Source: an uncultured Planctomycetia bacterium (GTDB taxonomy: Bacteria > Omnitrophota > Gorgyraeia > 2-02-FULL-51-18). Taken from it: a stretch of 64,000 nt of DNA. Made by a program: the position numbers and the translations under genes. The stretch is from contig CAZSGP010000003.1 in assembly GCA_964606485.1 (NCBI GenBank), positions 334,854 through 398,853 of the forward strand, given 5' to 3'. This document shows positions 26,934 to 38,251 of this stretch, piece by piece (position 1 is the first letter of the stretch; every line of letters begins with the position of its first letter). The notes under the pieces were generated by a model, which made no database searches, was not told the origin of the DNA, and saw nothing but the letters and a program-made list of their open reading frames with translations.

Positions 26934-27605
<672 letters not shown>

Positions 27606-28877
27606 TTAAGTTACTTTCTGTATCGAACGTTGAACAATTTTGAAAAGCTTTTTTATTTCGGCCTCGGTAATTGACAGCGGCGGCATTAACACAATCACAT
27701 TGCCGAGCGGTCTTAACATGACGCCGTGTTTCCGTGCTTCCAAACAAACTCGTATTCCCATTTTCCGGGACAGCGGATAACCCTGAAGCTCAATCCCAGC
27801 CATCAAACCCACCTGCCTGCAATCTTTCACGTGTTTCATGCGGCGCACTTCGCTCAGCGCTTCCGCAAACAGCTTAATTTTTGACTGCAGTTTCTCAAGC
27901 ACAAAGTTCTTACGGAAAAGCTTGAGGCTGGCAAGCGCCGCCGCACAGGCCAACGGATTTGCCGAATAGGTATGCCCGTGAAAAAAAGCCTTAAAATCTT
28001 TGTAATCGGCTATGAACGCATTATACACCTCTTTGGTCGCAAGCGTTGCTGAAAGTGGTAAATAACCCCCCGTGATGCCCTTTGCGAGACACAATAAATC
28101 AGGAGTTATCTGCTCATGCTCGCAAGCGAACATTTTTCCAGTCCGACCAAACCCTGTCGCTACTTCATCAACAATCAAGAGAACGCCGTATTTTTGAGTC
28201 AGTCGTCTCACCTGCCCTAGAAATCCTTCCGGGCTTTTAAGCATGCCCGCCGCCCCTTGAACCAGAGGCTCCATCACCACCGCGCAAATTTTGGAGTGAT
28301 TTTTTTTAAAAATTTTTTCAACCTGTTCAATATCGCAACCGGTTTTCAGAGTCTTAAAAAGTAGGTTTCCAAAAATTTCATGAAATAAGGAAATGCCTCC
28401 TACGCTCACCGATCCGAGCGTGTCGCCGTGATAAGCATTGTCGAGTTTCAAAAACATTTTTTTCTGATGAATTCCCTTGTTCTGCCAATACTGATACGCC
28501 ATCTTGAGCGCTACTTCCACAGCTGCGGAACCGGAGTCTGAATAAAACACGCGCACCAAACCTTTGGGCGCAATCTCCACTAGTTTTTTAGCCAATTCAA
28601 TAGCAGGAACATTAGATAGCCCCAAAAAGGTGCTATGAGCAATCTGTCCTAGTTGTTTTTTGAGGGCGCGATCAATTTCGGGCACCGCGTGGCCGTGAAC
28701 GTTGCACCAGAGCGAGGAAACCCCATCCAAATACCGGCGGCCCTCGGTATCAATCAAATAATTTCCACGGCCCTTTTCGATAATGACAATGTCATCCTTG
28801 CACCAATCCTTCATTTGAGTGAAAGGGTGCCAGACGTAGGCTTTATCCCATTGTTGAAGTTTTTTGGTATGGTTCAT
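27606..28877 (-). CDS. bioA: Adenosylmethionine-8-amino-7-oxononanoate aminotransferase
   Basis: 423 aa class-III aminotransferase with a BioA-type N-terminus. Confidence 0.85.
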   Translation of the reverse strand: MNHTKKLQQWDKAYVWHPFTQMKDWCKDDIVIIEKGRGNYLIDTEGRRYLDGVSSLWCNVHGHAVPEIDRALKKQLGQIAHSTFLGLSNVPAIELAKKLVEIAPKGLVRVFYSDSGSAAVEVALKMAYQYWQNKGIHQKKMFLKLDNAYHGDTLGSVSVGGISLFHEIFGNLLFKTLKTGCDIEQVEKIFKKNHSKICAVVMEPLVQGAAGMLKSPEGFLGQVRRLTQKYGVLLIVDEVATGFGRTGKMFACEHEQITPDLLCLAKGITGGYLPLSATLATKEVYNAFIADYKDFKAFFHGHTYSANPLACAAALASLKLFRKNFVLEKLQSKIKLFAEALSEVRRMKHVKDCRQVGLMAGIELQGYPLSRKMGIRVCLEARKHGVMLRPLGNVIVLMPPLSITEAEIKKLFKIVQRSIQKVT

Positions 28878-28878
28878 T

Positions 28879-30024
28879 TTAATTTTTCCGGAACGCGTTG
28901 ATCAGCTGCTCCAAGTGCGACTTTTCATGAAATGCGCAAATTGAAAGCCGAATAAGATCCTTGCCCTTCGGGACGGTCGGCGGACGGATCACCGGCGCAA
29001 AAATTCCTTTCTTCTTAAGCATCTCGCTCATCTGAATTGCTTTTGTCGTATCGCCTATTATTACGGGAATCACAGGACCTTCTGAATCACCCAAATCATA
29101 ACCCTGAGACTTGAGCGCCTTTCGAGCAATTGAAATATTATCCCAAAGTTTTTTTCGCAGGTTTGGTTTTTTTTGAATCTGATCAATGGCGGCGAGTGCT
29201 GCGGCCGATGCGGCAGGTGACGGCCCTGTCGTATAAATAAACGTTCGGGCTTTATTGATTAAATATTCTCTGAGCGCCCGCGAACCCGCAACATAACCCC
29301 CAACACTTCCGATTGCCTTGCTCAAAGTTCCCATCACGACAGGTATTTTTCCTTGCAGATCAAAATGCTCGGCAAGACCCGCTCCCGTCTTCCCGTAAAC
29401 GCCCATCGAATGCGCCTCATCAACCATGAGCCACGCGCCGTGCTTTTCGCAAACTTTTAAAAGGCGGTCTAAGGGCGCCACGTCGCCATCCATGCTGAAA
29501 TAAGCGTCGGTTGCCACAAGCTTTCTTTTGAATTCAGCGCCACGCGCAAGCACCCGGTCTAAATCTTCGGCATCCCGATGCGAATAGACCCAAAGTTTGG
29601 CGCCGGATAAACGTGCTCCATCGATGAGACTAGCGTGATTCGCGCGGTCCGCGACGATCAAATCGCCACTCCCCACGAGCGCGCTTATGGCTCCCAAATT
29701 TGCCAAATACCCTGAAGAAAAAATGAGCGCTGATTCTTCATTTTTAAATTTTGCTATTTTTTCTTCAAGCGCCTGGTGAACAGCAAGATTTCCGGAAATA
29801 AGGCGTGAAGCACCGCTACCGGCTCCCCACTCTTGAATGGATTTTTGTGCGGCTAATTTAACAGAGCTGTCAAATGACAAGCCCAAATAATTATTCGATG
29901 CTAAATTGAGGTATCGCTTTTTCTCAATAAAAAGCGTCGGCCCATTTGAAGCTTCGGCCAGAACCAAATGGCGAAAAAGATTTTTTTCTTTAAGCGCCTT
30001 TAATTCTTCAAACTCCCACTTCAT
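28879..30024 (-). CDS. bioF: 8-amino-7-oxononanoate synthase
   Basis: 381 aa alpha-oxoamine synthase. Confidence 0.85.
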   Translation of the reverse strand: MKWEFEELKALKEKNLFRHLVLAEASNGPTLFIEKKRYLNLASNNYLGLSFDSSVKLAAQKSIQEWGAGSGASRLISGNLAVHQALEEKIAKFKNEESALIFSSGYLANLGAISALVGSGDLIVADRANHASLIDGARLSGAKLWVYSHRDAEDLDRVLARGAEFKRKLVATDAYFSMDGDVAPLDRLLKVCEKHGAWLMVDEAHSMGVYGKTGAGLAEHFDLQGKIPVVMGTLSKAIGSVGGYVAGSRALREYLINKARTFIYTTGPSPAASAAALAAIDQIQKKPNLRKKLWDNISIARKALKSQGYDLGDSEGPVIPVIIGDTTKAIQMSEMLKKKGIFAPVIRPPTVPKGKDLIRLSICAFHEKSHLEQLINAFRKN

Positions 30025-31030
30025 TTTTGGAGGGTACTGTGAACCCCAAGTCCTTCAGCATTTGAATGTCTTGTTTAGGGTTGCGTCCCATCGTGGTGAG
30101 ATAATTCCCGATAATCAAACCGTTAGCACCCGCCAAAAGCGACAGAGATTGTAAATCGCGCAAGTTCACTTCACGGCCCCCGGAAACTTTAATCGTGCTC
30201 TTCGGTAAAATCATCCGGTAGAGAGCGATGTACTTAATAATTTCCATAGGCTCAAGCGCCTGCCGGTTGCCCGCAGGCAAGGATTCGGCAATGGGCGTTC
30301 CTGGGCGTGGATTTAGAATATTAATAGGCACACAATCCGCTTTAAGAGCCTTTAATTCAAACGCCAAATCAATCCGGTCCTTCGGAGACTCACCCATTCC
30401 CAAAATTCCACCCGAACACGGGTGGATGCCGTAGTGCTGGACCATTTGAACATGGCTTGCGCGCTGCTCGTGTGTATGCGTCGAACAAACATGCTCAAAA
30501 TAACCTTTGGATGCTTCTAGGTTGTGATTATTCCGATAAAGCCCCGCCTCTTTTAATTTTTTGGCTTGCTCAGGCGTAAAAAAACCGAGCGAGCAGTCAG
30601 CGAGCATTTTCGTTTCAGTGGAAATACGCCGCACTGCTTCAAGCACTACCTCAAATTCTTTCTCGTTCGTTGCTCCCCATCCGCTTGAAACAAGACAAAA
30701 TTCACTTGCGCCCATCTCTTCTGCCGCCTTCGCCTGACGCATAATCTCATCCACGCTGATTTGCGGATAGACGGGGCTTTCTGTCCTGTAGTGACCGGAC
30801 TGAGAACAAAACTTGCAATCCTCACTACAGTTTCCGCTTTTAATATTTGAGAGCGCGCAAGCCTCAACGTGATTTCCAACCATTTTTTCACGGATCTCAT
30901 TTGCAGCCGCTACAAGATAAGGAATTTCTGATCCGGAGCACTCGGTCAGACGCATTGCTTCTTCGCGCGAAATTTCTCCACCATTCAAAACTTTACTCCG
31001 AACACTTAAAATCAGATCCAACATTGTCAA
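30008..31030 (-). CDS. bioB: Biotin synthase (radical SAM)
   Basis: CSEDCKFCSQ plus the Cys ligands for the second cluster. Confidence 0.9.
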   Translation of the reverse strand: MTMLDLILSVRSKVLNGGEISREEAMRLTECSGSEIPYLVAAANEIREKMVGNHVEACALSNIKSGNCSEDCKFCSQSGHYRTESPVYPQISVDEIMRQAKAAEEMGASEFCLVSSGWGATNEKEFEVVLEAVRRISTETKMLADCSLGFFTPEQAKKLKEAGLYRNNHNLEASKGYFEHVCSTHTHEQRASHVQMVQHYGIHPCSGGILGMGESPKDRIDLAFELKALKADCVPINILNPRPGTPIAESLPAGNRQALEPMEIIKYIALYRMILPKSTIKVSGGREVNLRDLQSLSLLAGANGLIIGNYLTTMGRNPKQDIQMLKDLGFTVPSKNEVGV

Positions 31031-31070
31031 CCTCTCAAGTTTTTTTAGTTAACGATCAAGTCAAAAAAAT

Positions 31071-31445
31071 TTACGGCGTTGGCGTTGCGGGTGGCGGTAT
31101 TTCGGGAGCGCTTCCCTTTTTTTGCTCGCGGTATTGCCTCATATAATCCCGCATGTAATTCCGATACTCTTCCTGATGATTCTGGCGATACGATTTAATT
31201 TTATCCGGATTTTTTTCACGCCACTGCTTCGAGCGACGACGCTGCGTCTCCAGCCAAACCATCCCCTTAGATTCGTCGTATTTAAAATAATTGGGATTTT
31301 TCTGTCTCCAAGCGGCCATGCTTTCTAGTTGGCGCTTGCGCTGACAATCAACACCAGAGCAGATCTTTTGACGCGGAGAATATTTATTCGGAGTGAATTC
31401 AGCCTGACAATAAATGCAATGACGCGGCGCGGTCATCGGGATCAA
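31071..31445 (-). CDS. Zinc-ribbon (CxxC...CxxC) basic protein, function unknown
   Basis: 124 aa with CIYC...CSGVDC. The C-terminus is Lys/Arg/Tyr-rich and low-complexity. Confidence 0.5.
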   Translation of the reverse strand: MIPMTAPRHCIYCQAEFTPNKYSPRQKICSGVDCQRKRQLESMAAWRQKNPNYFKYDESKGMVWLETQRRRSKQWREKNPDKIKSYRQNHQEEYRNYMRDYMRQYREQKKGSAPEIPPPATPTP

Positions 31446-32665
31446 ACGCTTATGAAGTAATTTTGAGCGACAAGTGCCGCCGCTCCCAGCGACACACCGT
31501 TTTCGCCTAAATGAGACGGGATGATTCTCAGTTTTTCGGAAGCTTCCGGTATGGCGGCTTGGCGAACCATATCCCGAACCGAATCTAAAAACATGGCGCC
31601 AGCCATTTCAATGCCGCCGCCAACAATAATGAGTTCAGGATTAAAAAGGTTCACGAGAAATGCTGCCTTACGCCCAAGCCGAGATCCGGCATCTTTCAGA
31701 ATGGAGGTGGCAAGAGAATCGCCCAGCTCCGAAGCCCTAGCCACTGTCATTATGGTAACCTTCTTCACATCCCCCTTAACAAGATCATATATTTTAGAAT
31801 TTGGATTTTCTTTGTGCGCATTTTGAGCATTCTTTGCAATGCCCAAATCCAAGCTCCACAAGCCGGATTTATAAGAATCAAGCACCATACCTCGAGGATC
31901 TTCGTGAGCGTCAAAAAGCCATTCACCAGCGCATCCGTTGGCGCCACGGTAAATTTGCCCGTTAATCATCACGCCGCAACCACTGCCGGAGTACAAATAA
32001 ATGGCATGCTGAACACCGAGGCCCGTACCAAACCACTCTTCGCCAAAAACAGCCGCATTAGCGTCGTTGTCGACAAAAGTGGGAATGCCAAATTTTTCTT
32101 CAAAAATACCGTGAATCGAAACAAAAATAGAAAGGTCTTCATCGAGGAGCCCAATCGGCCATCTCACAGTACTCGTCTCACGATTAAAAATACCAGGAAT
32201 TCCAATACCAATTCCGTGAACTTTTCCGGTGTCGACTTTGGACTTATCGATGAGTTCGGTGACGAGATTTACAAGCGAGCGAACCAAAGCTTCTCCAGAC
32301 TCAAGCGGTCTATCCTTTTTAACGCTAAAAATAATTTCGCCCTTTAAATTACAAAGAACGGCGATCATGTCCACAATATTAAGACCTACGCCGATTAAAA
32401 AAACGGAGGAAGGGTTTAAATCGACCAGCGTTGGTTTACGGCCGCCACTCGAAACGTCAATCCCCACTTCTTTAATCACGCCTTTTTTGATGTATTGATC
32501 GACGTAACTTGTAACCGTAACGATGTTTAATCCGATCAGCCTTGAAATTTCAGCGCGGGCAATAGGACCTTTCTTGCGAATGGTGTCTAAAATCTGGAGA
32601 TTTTTTTTCTCGTGATCATTAAGTTCAATTTGATCAAGTAAGCGTCGTTTGGATAGACTCGCCAT
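31442..32665 (-). CDS. ROK-family transcriptional regulator (HTH plus sugar-kinase fold)
   Basis: The start is taken at MASLSKRR. There is an HTH and an internal ROK glycine-rich region. Confidence 0.75.
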   Translation of the reverse strand: MASLSKRRLLDQIELNDHEKKNLQILDTIRKKGPIARAEISRLIGLNIVTVTSYVDQYIKKGVIKEVGIDVSSGGRKPTLVDLNPSSVFLIGVGLNIVDMIAVLCNLKGEIIFSVKKDRPLESGEALVRSLVNLVTELIDKSKVDTGKVHGIGIGIPGIFNRETSTVRWPIGLLDEDLSIFVSIHGIFEEKFGIPTFVDNDANAAVFGEEWFGTGLGVQHAIYLYSGSGCGVMINGQIYRGANGCAGEWLFDAHEDPRGMVLDSYKSGLWSLDLGIAKNAQNAHKENPNSKIYDLVKGDVKKVTIMTVARASELGDSLATSILKDAGSRLGRKAAFLVNLFNPELIIVGGGIEMAGAMFLDSVRDMVRQAAIPEASEKLRIIPSHLGENGVSLGAAALVAQNYFISV

Positions 32666-32667
32666 GG

Positions 32668-33894
32668 TTATATCTCCGCGAAAAGTTCCTGAGTGACGAG
32701 ACAAACAGCGCCGTAGGCCACTGCATCTTCACCCAGGCGAGACAAAATTATTTTAACGATTCCAGCAGATTCTTCCATGACCACTTGTTTCACAACACGG
32801 CGCACGGCGTTCAAAGCAATCTCTCCCCCGCGCTCGACTCCGCCACCCAGCACAATCACTTCAGGATTAAAAAAGTTGGTGAGATACGCGACTTTTAAAC
32901 CCAACCGGAGGCCGGACTCTTCGACAAGCGATACGGCCAAAGGATCAGCTTTTTTGGCAGCCTCATAAACGTGTTCGGCGTCCACTTTTTCAATATTTTT
33001 TCCGGCGAGATCTAAAATTTTAGACTTCGCGTCTTTCTTAAGAGCCTCTCTCGCACGGCGACCAATTCCCAGATCAAGCCCTTCGGAACGAAAAAAACTA
33101 GAGTTGAATACCCACGGCTCTAGATTCAGCCCTTCGGTGTTCTCAAAATTAAGCTGGATTTCACCCGCGCTCCAGCTAGAGCCCCAAAAAAGATCGTTGT
33201 TGGCGATGACACCGCTTCCCACATCCGAATAAAAATAAAGCACGTTTTCATCGTCAATTCTGAGGCTCAACTTCTTTTCGGCAAGAGCCGCGAGGCTCGC
33301 ATCATTACCCACCGAAACTGGAACTCTAAATTCCTTTTCGAGCACGCCTTTGGCGGTGGCGTAACTTCCGACCGTTTTTCCGCGCAGAGGATCGGTGTCG
33401 CGAATGGTTCCAGCACCCTTGTCGATAACCCCGGAAACCCCTAAGCCAATCCCCTTAATTTTTTCAATCGGAACACCTGATTCTTGAATCACGCGTTTGA
33501 CAAGCTTCACCGCCTCGGTGATCACGACTTCCATATGCCCTTCAGGGCGTTTCACTTTGATTTTATGTAAAATCGTCGGATTTAAATTGGTGACAATGAC
33601 AAGAATGTGAGTGGGTCCAATTTCCACACCCACCATATTTCCCCAATCAGCATTTAGTTCAATCAGTTCCGGTCGACGGCCGCCACTCGAAATATCTAGC
33701 CCCTTCTCCACGACCAGCTTTTGGTCGATGTAATGCTCGACGTAATTGGAAACGGTAACGATATTAAAATGAGTGATTCGGGAAATATCTGTTTTTGCGA
33801 TCGGGCCATTACGGCGGATCACATCCAGTAGAATAATATTTTTACGTTCGCGGTCGGTCAGGTAATCGCTTTTGTAGAGAGCTCTATAGGCCAT
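32668..33894 (-). CDS. ROK-family transcriptional regulator, tandem paralog
   Basis: 408 aa with the same architecture as its neighbour. Confidence 0.75.
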   Translation of the reverse strand: MAYRALYKSDYLTDRERKNIILLDVIRRNGPIAKTDISRITHFNIVTVSNYVEHYIDQKLVVEKGLDISSGGRRPELIELNADWGNMVGVEIGPTHILVIVTNLNPTILHKIKVKRPEGHMEVVITEAVKLVKRVIQESGVPIEKIKGIGLGVSGVIDKGAGTIRDTDPLRGKTVGSYATAKGVLEKEFRVPVSVGNDASLAALAEKKLSLRIDDENVLYFYSDVGSGVIANNDLFWGSSWSAGEIQLNFENTEGLNLEPWVFNSSFFRSEGLDLGIGRRAREALKKDAKSKILDLAGKNIEKVDAEHVYEAAKKADPLAVSLVEESGLRLGLKVAYLTNFFNPEVIVLGGGVERGGEIALNAVRRVVKQVVMEESAGIVKIILSRLGEDAVAYGAVCLVTQELFAEI

Positions 33895-33955
33895 AGACGG
33901 GGATTATAGCGGAAGTTAGGCGAATAAAGAAGTAAAAAAATTTATAAAGCATCTT

Positions 33956-34507
33956 TTAATCCTTATTAAGCAAAAGCATGTGAATTTTTTCTTCTATTAA
34001 AGGAAATAAGCGCCTCGCAAGCCAAGCAAAGAAAAGTCCGGCTAGCCAGCCGAATAAAACGTCGGTCGGATAGTGCATTCCCTGATAAATCCGCAAAACT
34101 CCGCCTAGCACAATTAGCGTCACCCAAACCGGGCTTCTTTTGTCTCTAGAAAAGAGAATGATAAGTCCGCCAACAGAAGCATATAAAGCCGCATGCCCGG
34201 AAGGAAACGAGCTTCCCTGCCCGCTTCCAATCAGATAAGCGCCTGGTAGTAAAACGTCTGGCCTTGGACGCCCAATAAGGTGCTTGGCTATAAAAATGAA
34301 CGCGCAGGTTAGAACAACACTCAAAAAAAGACCAATCGATAAATTAAGCGCTGCCTTATCTTTTTGAATGATTGAATAAATAAATAAAATAGCGATGCCG
34401 CTAAAAATAATCTCCTTTTCCCCCATCCATTCAAAAAAAATGGCAACACCGTCGGTCCAGGGAAAATGCGGCAAGTGATTGATGAGATTAAAAAGAAAAA
34501 TATCCAT
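33956..34507 (-). CDS. PAP2-family phosphatase membrane protein
   Basis: KHLIGRPRP...SFPSGHA...MHYPTDV (PAP2 motifs I-III). Confidence 0.75.
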   Translation of the reverse strand: MDIFLFNLINHLPHFPWTDGVAIFFEWMGEKEIIFSGIAILFIYSIIQKDKAALNLSIGLFLSVVLTCAFIFIAKHLIGRPRPDVLLPGAYLIGSGQGSSFPSGHAALYASVGGLIILFSRDKRSPVWVTLIVLGGVLRIYQGMHYPTDVLFGWLAGLFFAWLARRLFPLIEEKIHMLLLNKD

Positions 34508-34510
34508 TAG

Positions 34511-34559
34511 AAATAAAAAACCCGCCCTCTCTCAGTGATTGTACTAAGAAAGGGCGGGT
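34511..34559 (-). terminator. Rho-independent terminator downstream of glnN
   Basis: A 9-bp GC stem (ACCCGCCCT/AGGGCGGGT), a ~22-nt loop, then TTTTTTATTT on the minus strand. Confidence 0.55.
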
Positions 34560-34578
34560 TCGTAACCTTAATTTTAAA

Positions 34579-36750
<2,172 letters not shown>

Positions 36751-36871
36751 ATTATTCTCCTTAAGAATTTTGACGATTAAATTACTCCTTGCCCAAAAAA
36801 GAGTCAACCCCTATTTGAAGAAGTATAGCGCAGTGATTTAACGGAAATCTGACAGATTTGTTACAAATATG

Positions 36872-37690
36872 TTACGGAAATTTGAGGAGCAGACCGACCG
36901 GACAATGATCCGAACCCATCACATCCGGCAAAATAGAAGCCTCTTTTAGATTAGGCTTAAGACTCTCTGAAATAAAATGATAATCAATTCTCCACCCCAC
37001 ATTGCGCTCTCGGGCTCGCGTGAACGTATCCCACCAGGTATAATTCGCAGGCTCCTGATTAAAGACCCGGAAGGTGTCGATGAATCCACTCGCCTCGAGA
37101 CGATCCATCCACTCGCGCTCTATGGGCAAAAATCCAGACGTTTTTTCATTTTCTTTGGGGCGCGCCAAATCAATCGCCTTATGCGCGGTGTTGTAATCTC
37201 CGCAGATCACGAGCTTCTTCCCGCTTTTGACGAGTTTTTTAAAATATTTCAAGCACTCGTCGTAAAAATCCATTTTGTACTGCAATCTCACATCATCTCT
37301 TTTGCCGTTTGGGAAATAAATATTAAAGAGCGTAAAATCCTTAAACTCCGCCTCGAGCACCCGGCCCTCGTCATCAAATTTAGGAATATCAAATCCGCGC
37401 TTCACGCTAAGCGGTTTTTCTTTGGTATAAATTAATACACCGCTGTAACCCGGGCGCTTCGCGGAGTGAATCAACACTTCGTAGCCGGGTACGTTTAACG
37501 CTTCGGCGGGAATCTGTTCCGGCATCGCCTTTATTTCCTGAAGACACAGCATGTCCGGCGATTCTTTCCGGAGCCAATCGAGGAACCCCTTTTTAATGAC
37601 GGCGCGAATGCCGTTCACATTCCAACAGAGGATTTTGACCGTCTTAGGCAAAGAGCTCTCGTTCCAACTCTTTATACGAGCGAACCGCAT
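36872..37690 (-). CDS. xth: Exodeoxyribonuclease III
   Basis: ILCWNVNGIRA...SDHCPV. It has a ~17-aa N-terminal extension and overlaps thrH by 47 nt, so the start may be internal. Confidence 0.8.
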   Translation of the reverse strand: MRFARIKSWNESSLPKTVKILCWNVNGIRAVIKKGFLDWLRKESPDMLCLQEIKAMPEQIPAEALNVPGYEVLIHSAKRPGYSGVLIYTKEKPLSVKRGFDIPKFDDEGRVLEAEFKDFTLFNIYFPNGKRDDVRLQYKMDFYDECLKYFKKLVKSGKKLVICGDYNTAHKAIDLARPKENEKTSGFLPIEREWMDRLEASGFIDTFRVFNQEPANYTWWDTFTRARERNVGWRIDYHFISESLKPNLKEASILPDVMGSDHCPVGLLLKFP

Positions 37691-38234
37691 TGAACTGAGG
37701 ATAATCTTTAAGAATTGTTACCGGCGGATTAAACAAAACACCTCTTTCGGCAGCCCCGAGCATAGTGAGATCGTTGTACGAATCCCCTGCTGCCGCCACT
37801 TTAAATCCGATAGACTGCAGCGCCTTCACCGCTTTTTCTTTTCCGTTTTGCTGACGCAGGCGGTAGCCGGAAATAAATCCTTTGGCGTCCACCGATAAAA
37901 AATTGCAAAAAAGCGTAGGCAGTCCAAGCTGTTTCATGAGAGGAGCTGCAAATTCATAAAACGTGTCTGACAAAATAATCACCTGCCGCCGCGCACGCAA
38001 CCCATCTAAAAATTTCTTGGCACCCGGCAAAGGCTTAATTGTGGAGATAACTTTTTGGATATCCGCGAGCTTAATTTTATTTTCTTTTAAAATTTGAATC
38101 CGGCGCTTCATGAGAACGTCGTAATCGGGAATGTCGCGAGTAGTGAGTCGCAACTCTTTGATTTTCGTTTTTTCGGAAACCTTGATCCAAATCTCCGGAA
38201 CGAGCACGCCTTCTAAATCTAAACAGATAATCAT
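37644..38234 (-). CDS. thrH: HAD-family phosphoserine phosphatase / homoserine phosphotransferase ThrH-like
   Basis: MIICLDLEGVLVPEIWI...TTRDIPDYDVLMK...ILSDTFYEF. It aligns along its full length to the Pseudomonas ThrH pattern. Confidence 0.7.
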   Translation of the reverse strand: MIICLDLEGVLVPEIWIKVSEKTKIKELRLTTRDIPDYDVLMKRRIQILKENKIKLADIQKVISTIKPLPGAKKFLDGLRARRQVIILSDTFYEFAAPLMKQLGLPTLFCNFLSVDAKGFISGYRLRQQNGKEKAVKALQSIGFKVAAAGDSYNDLTMLGAAERGVLFNPPVTILKDYPQFNAVRSYKELERELFA

Positions 38235-38251
38235 TTAAAAATTATAGCACA

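Noticed and set aside
31814-32347. 177-aa plus-strand ORF
   Set aside because: It is antisense inside the ROK regulator gene.
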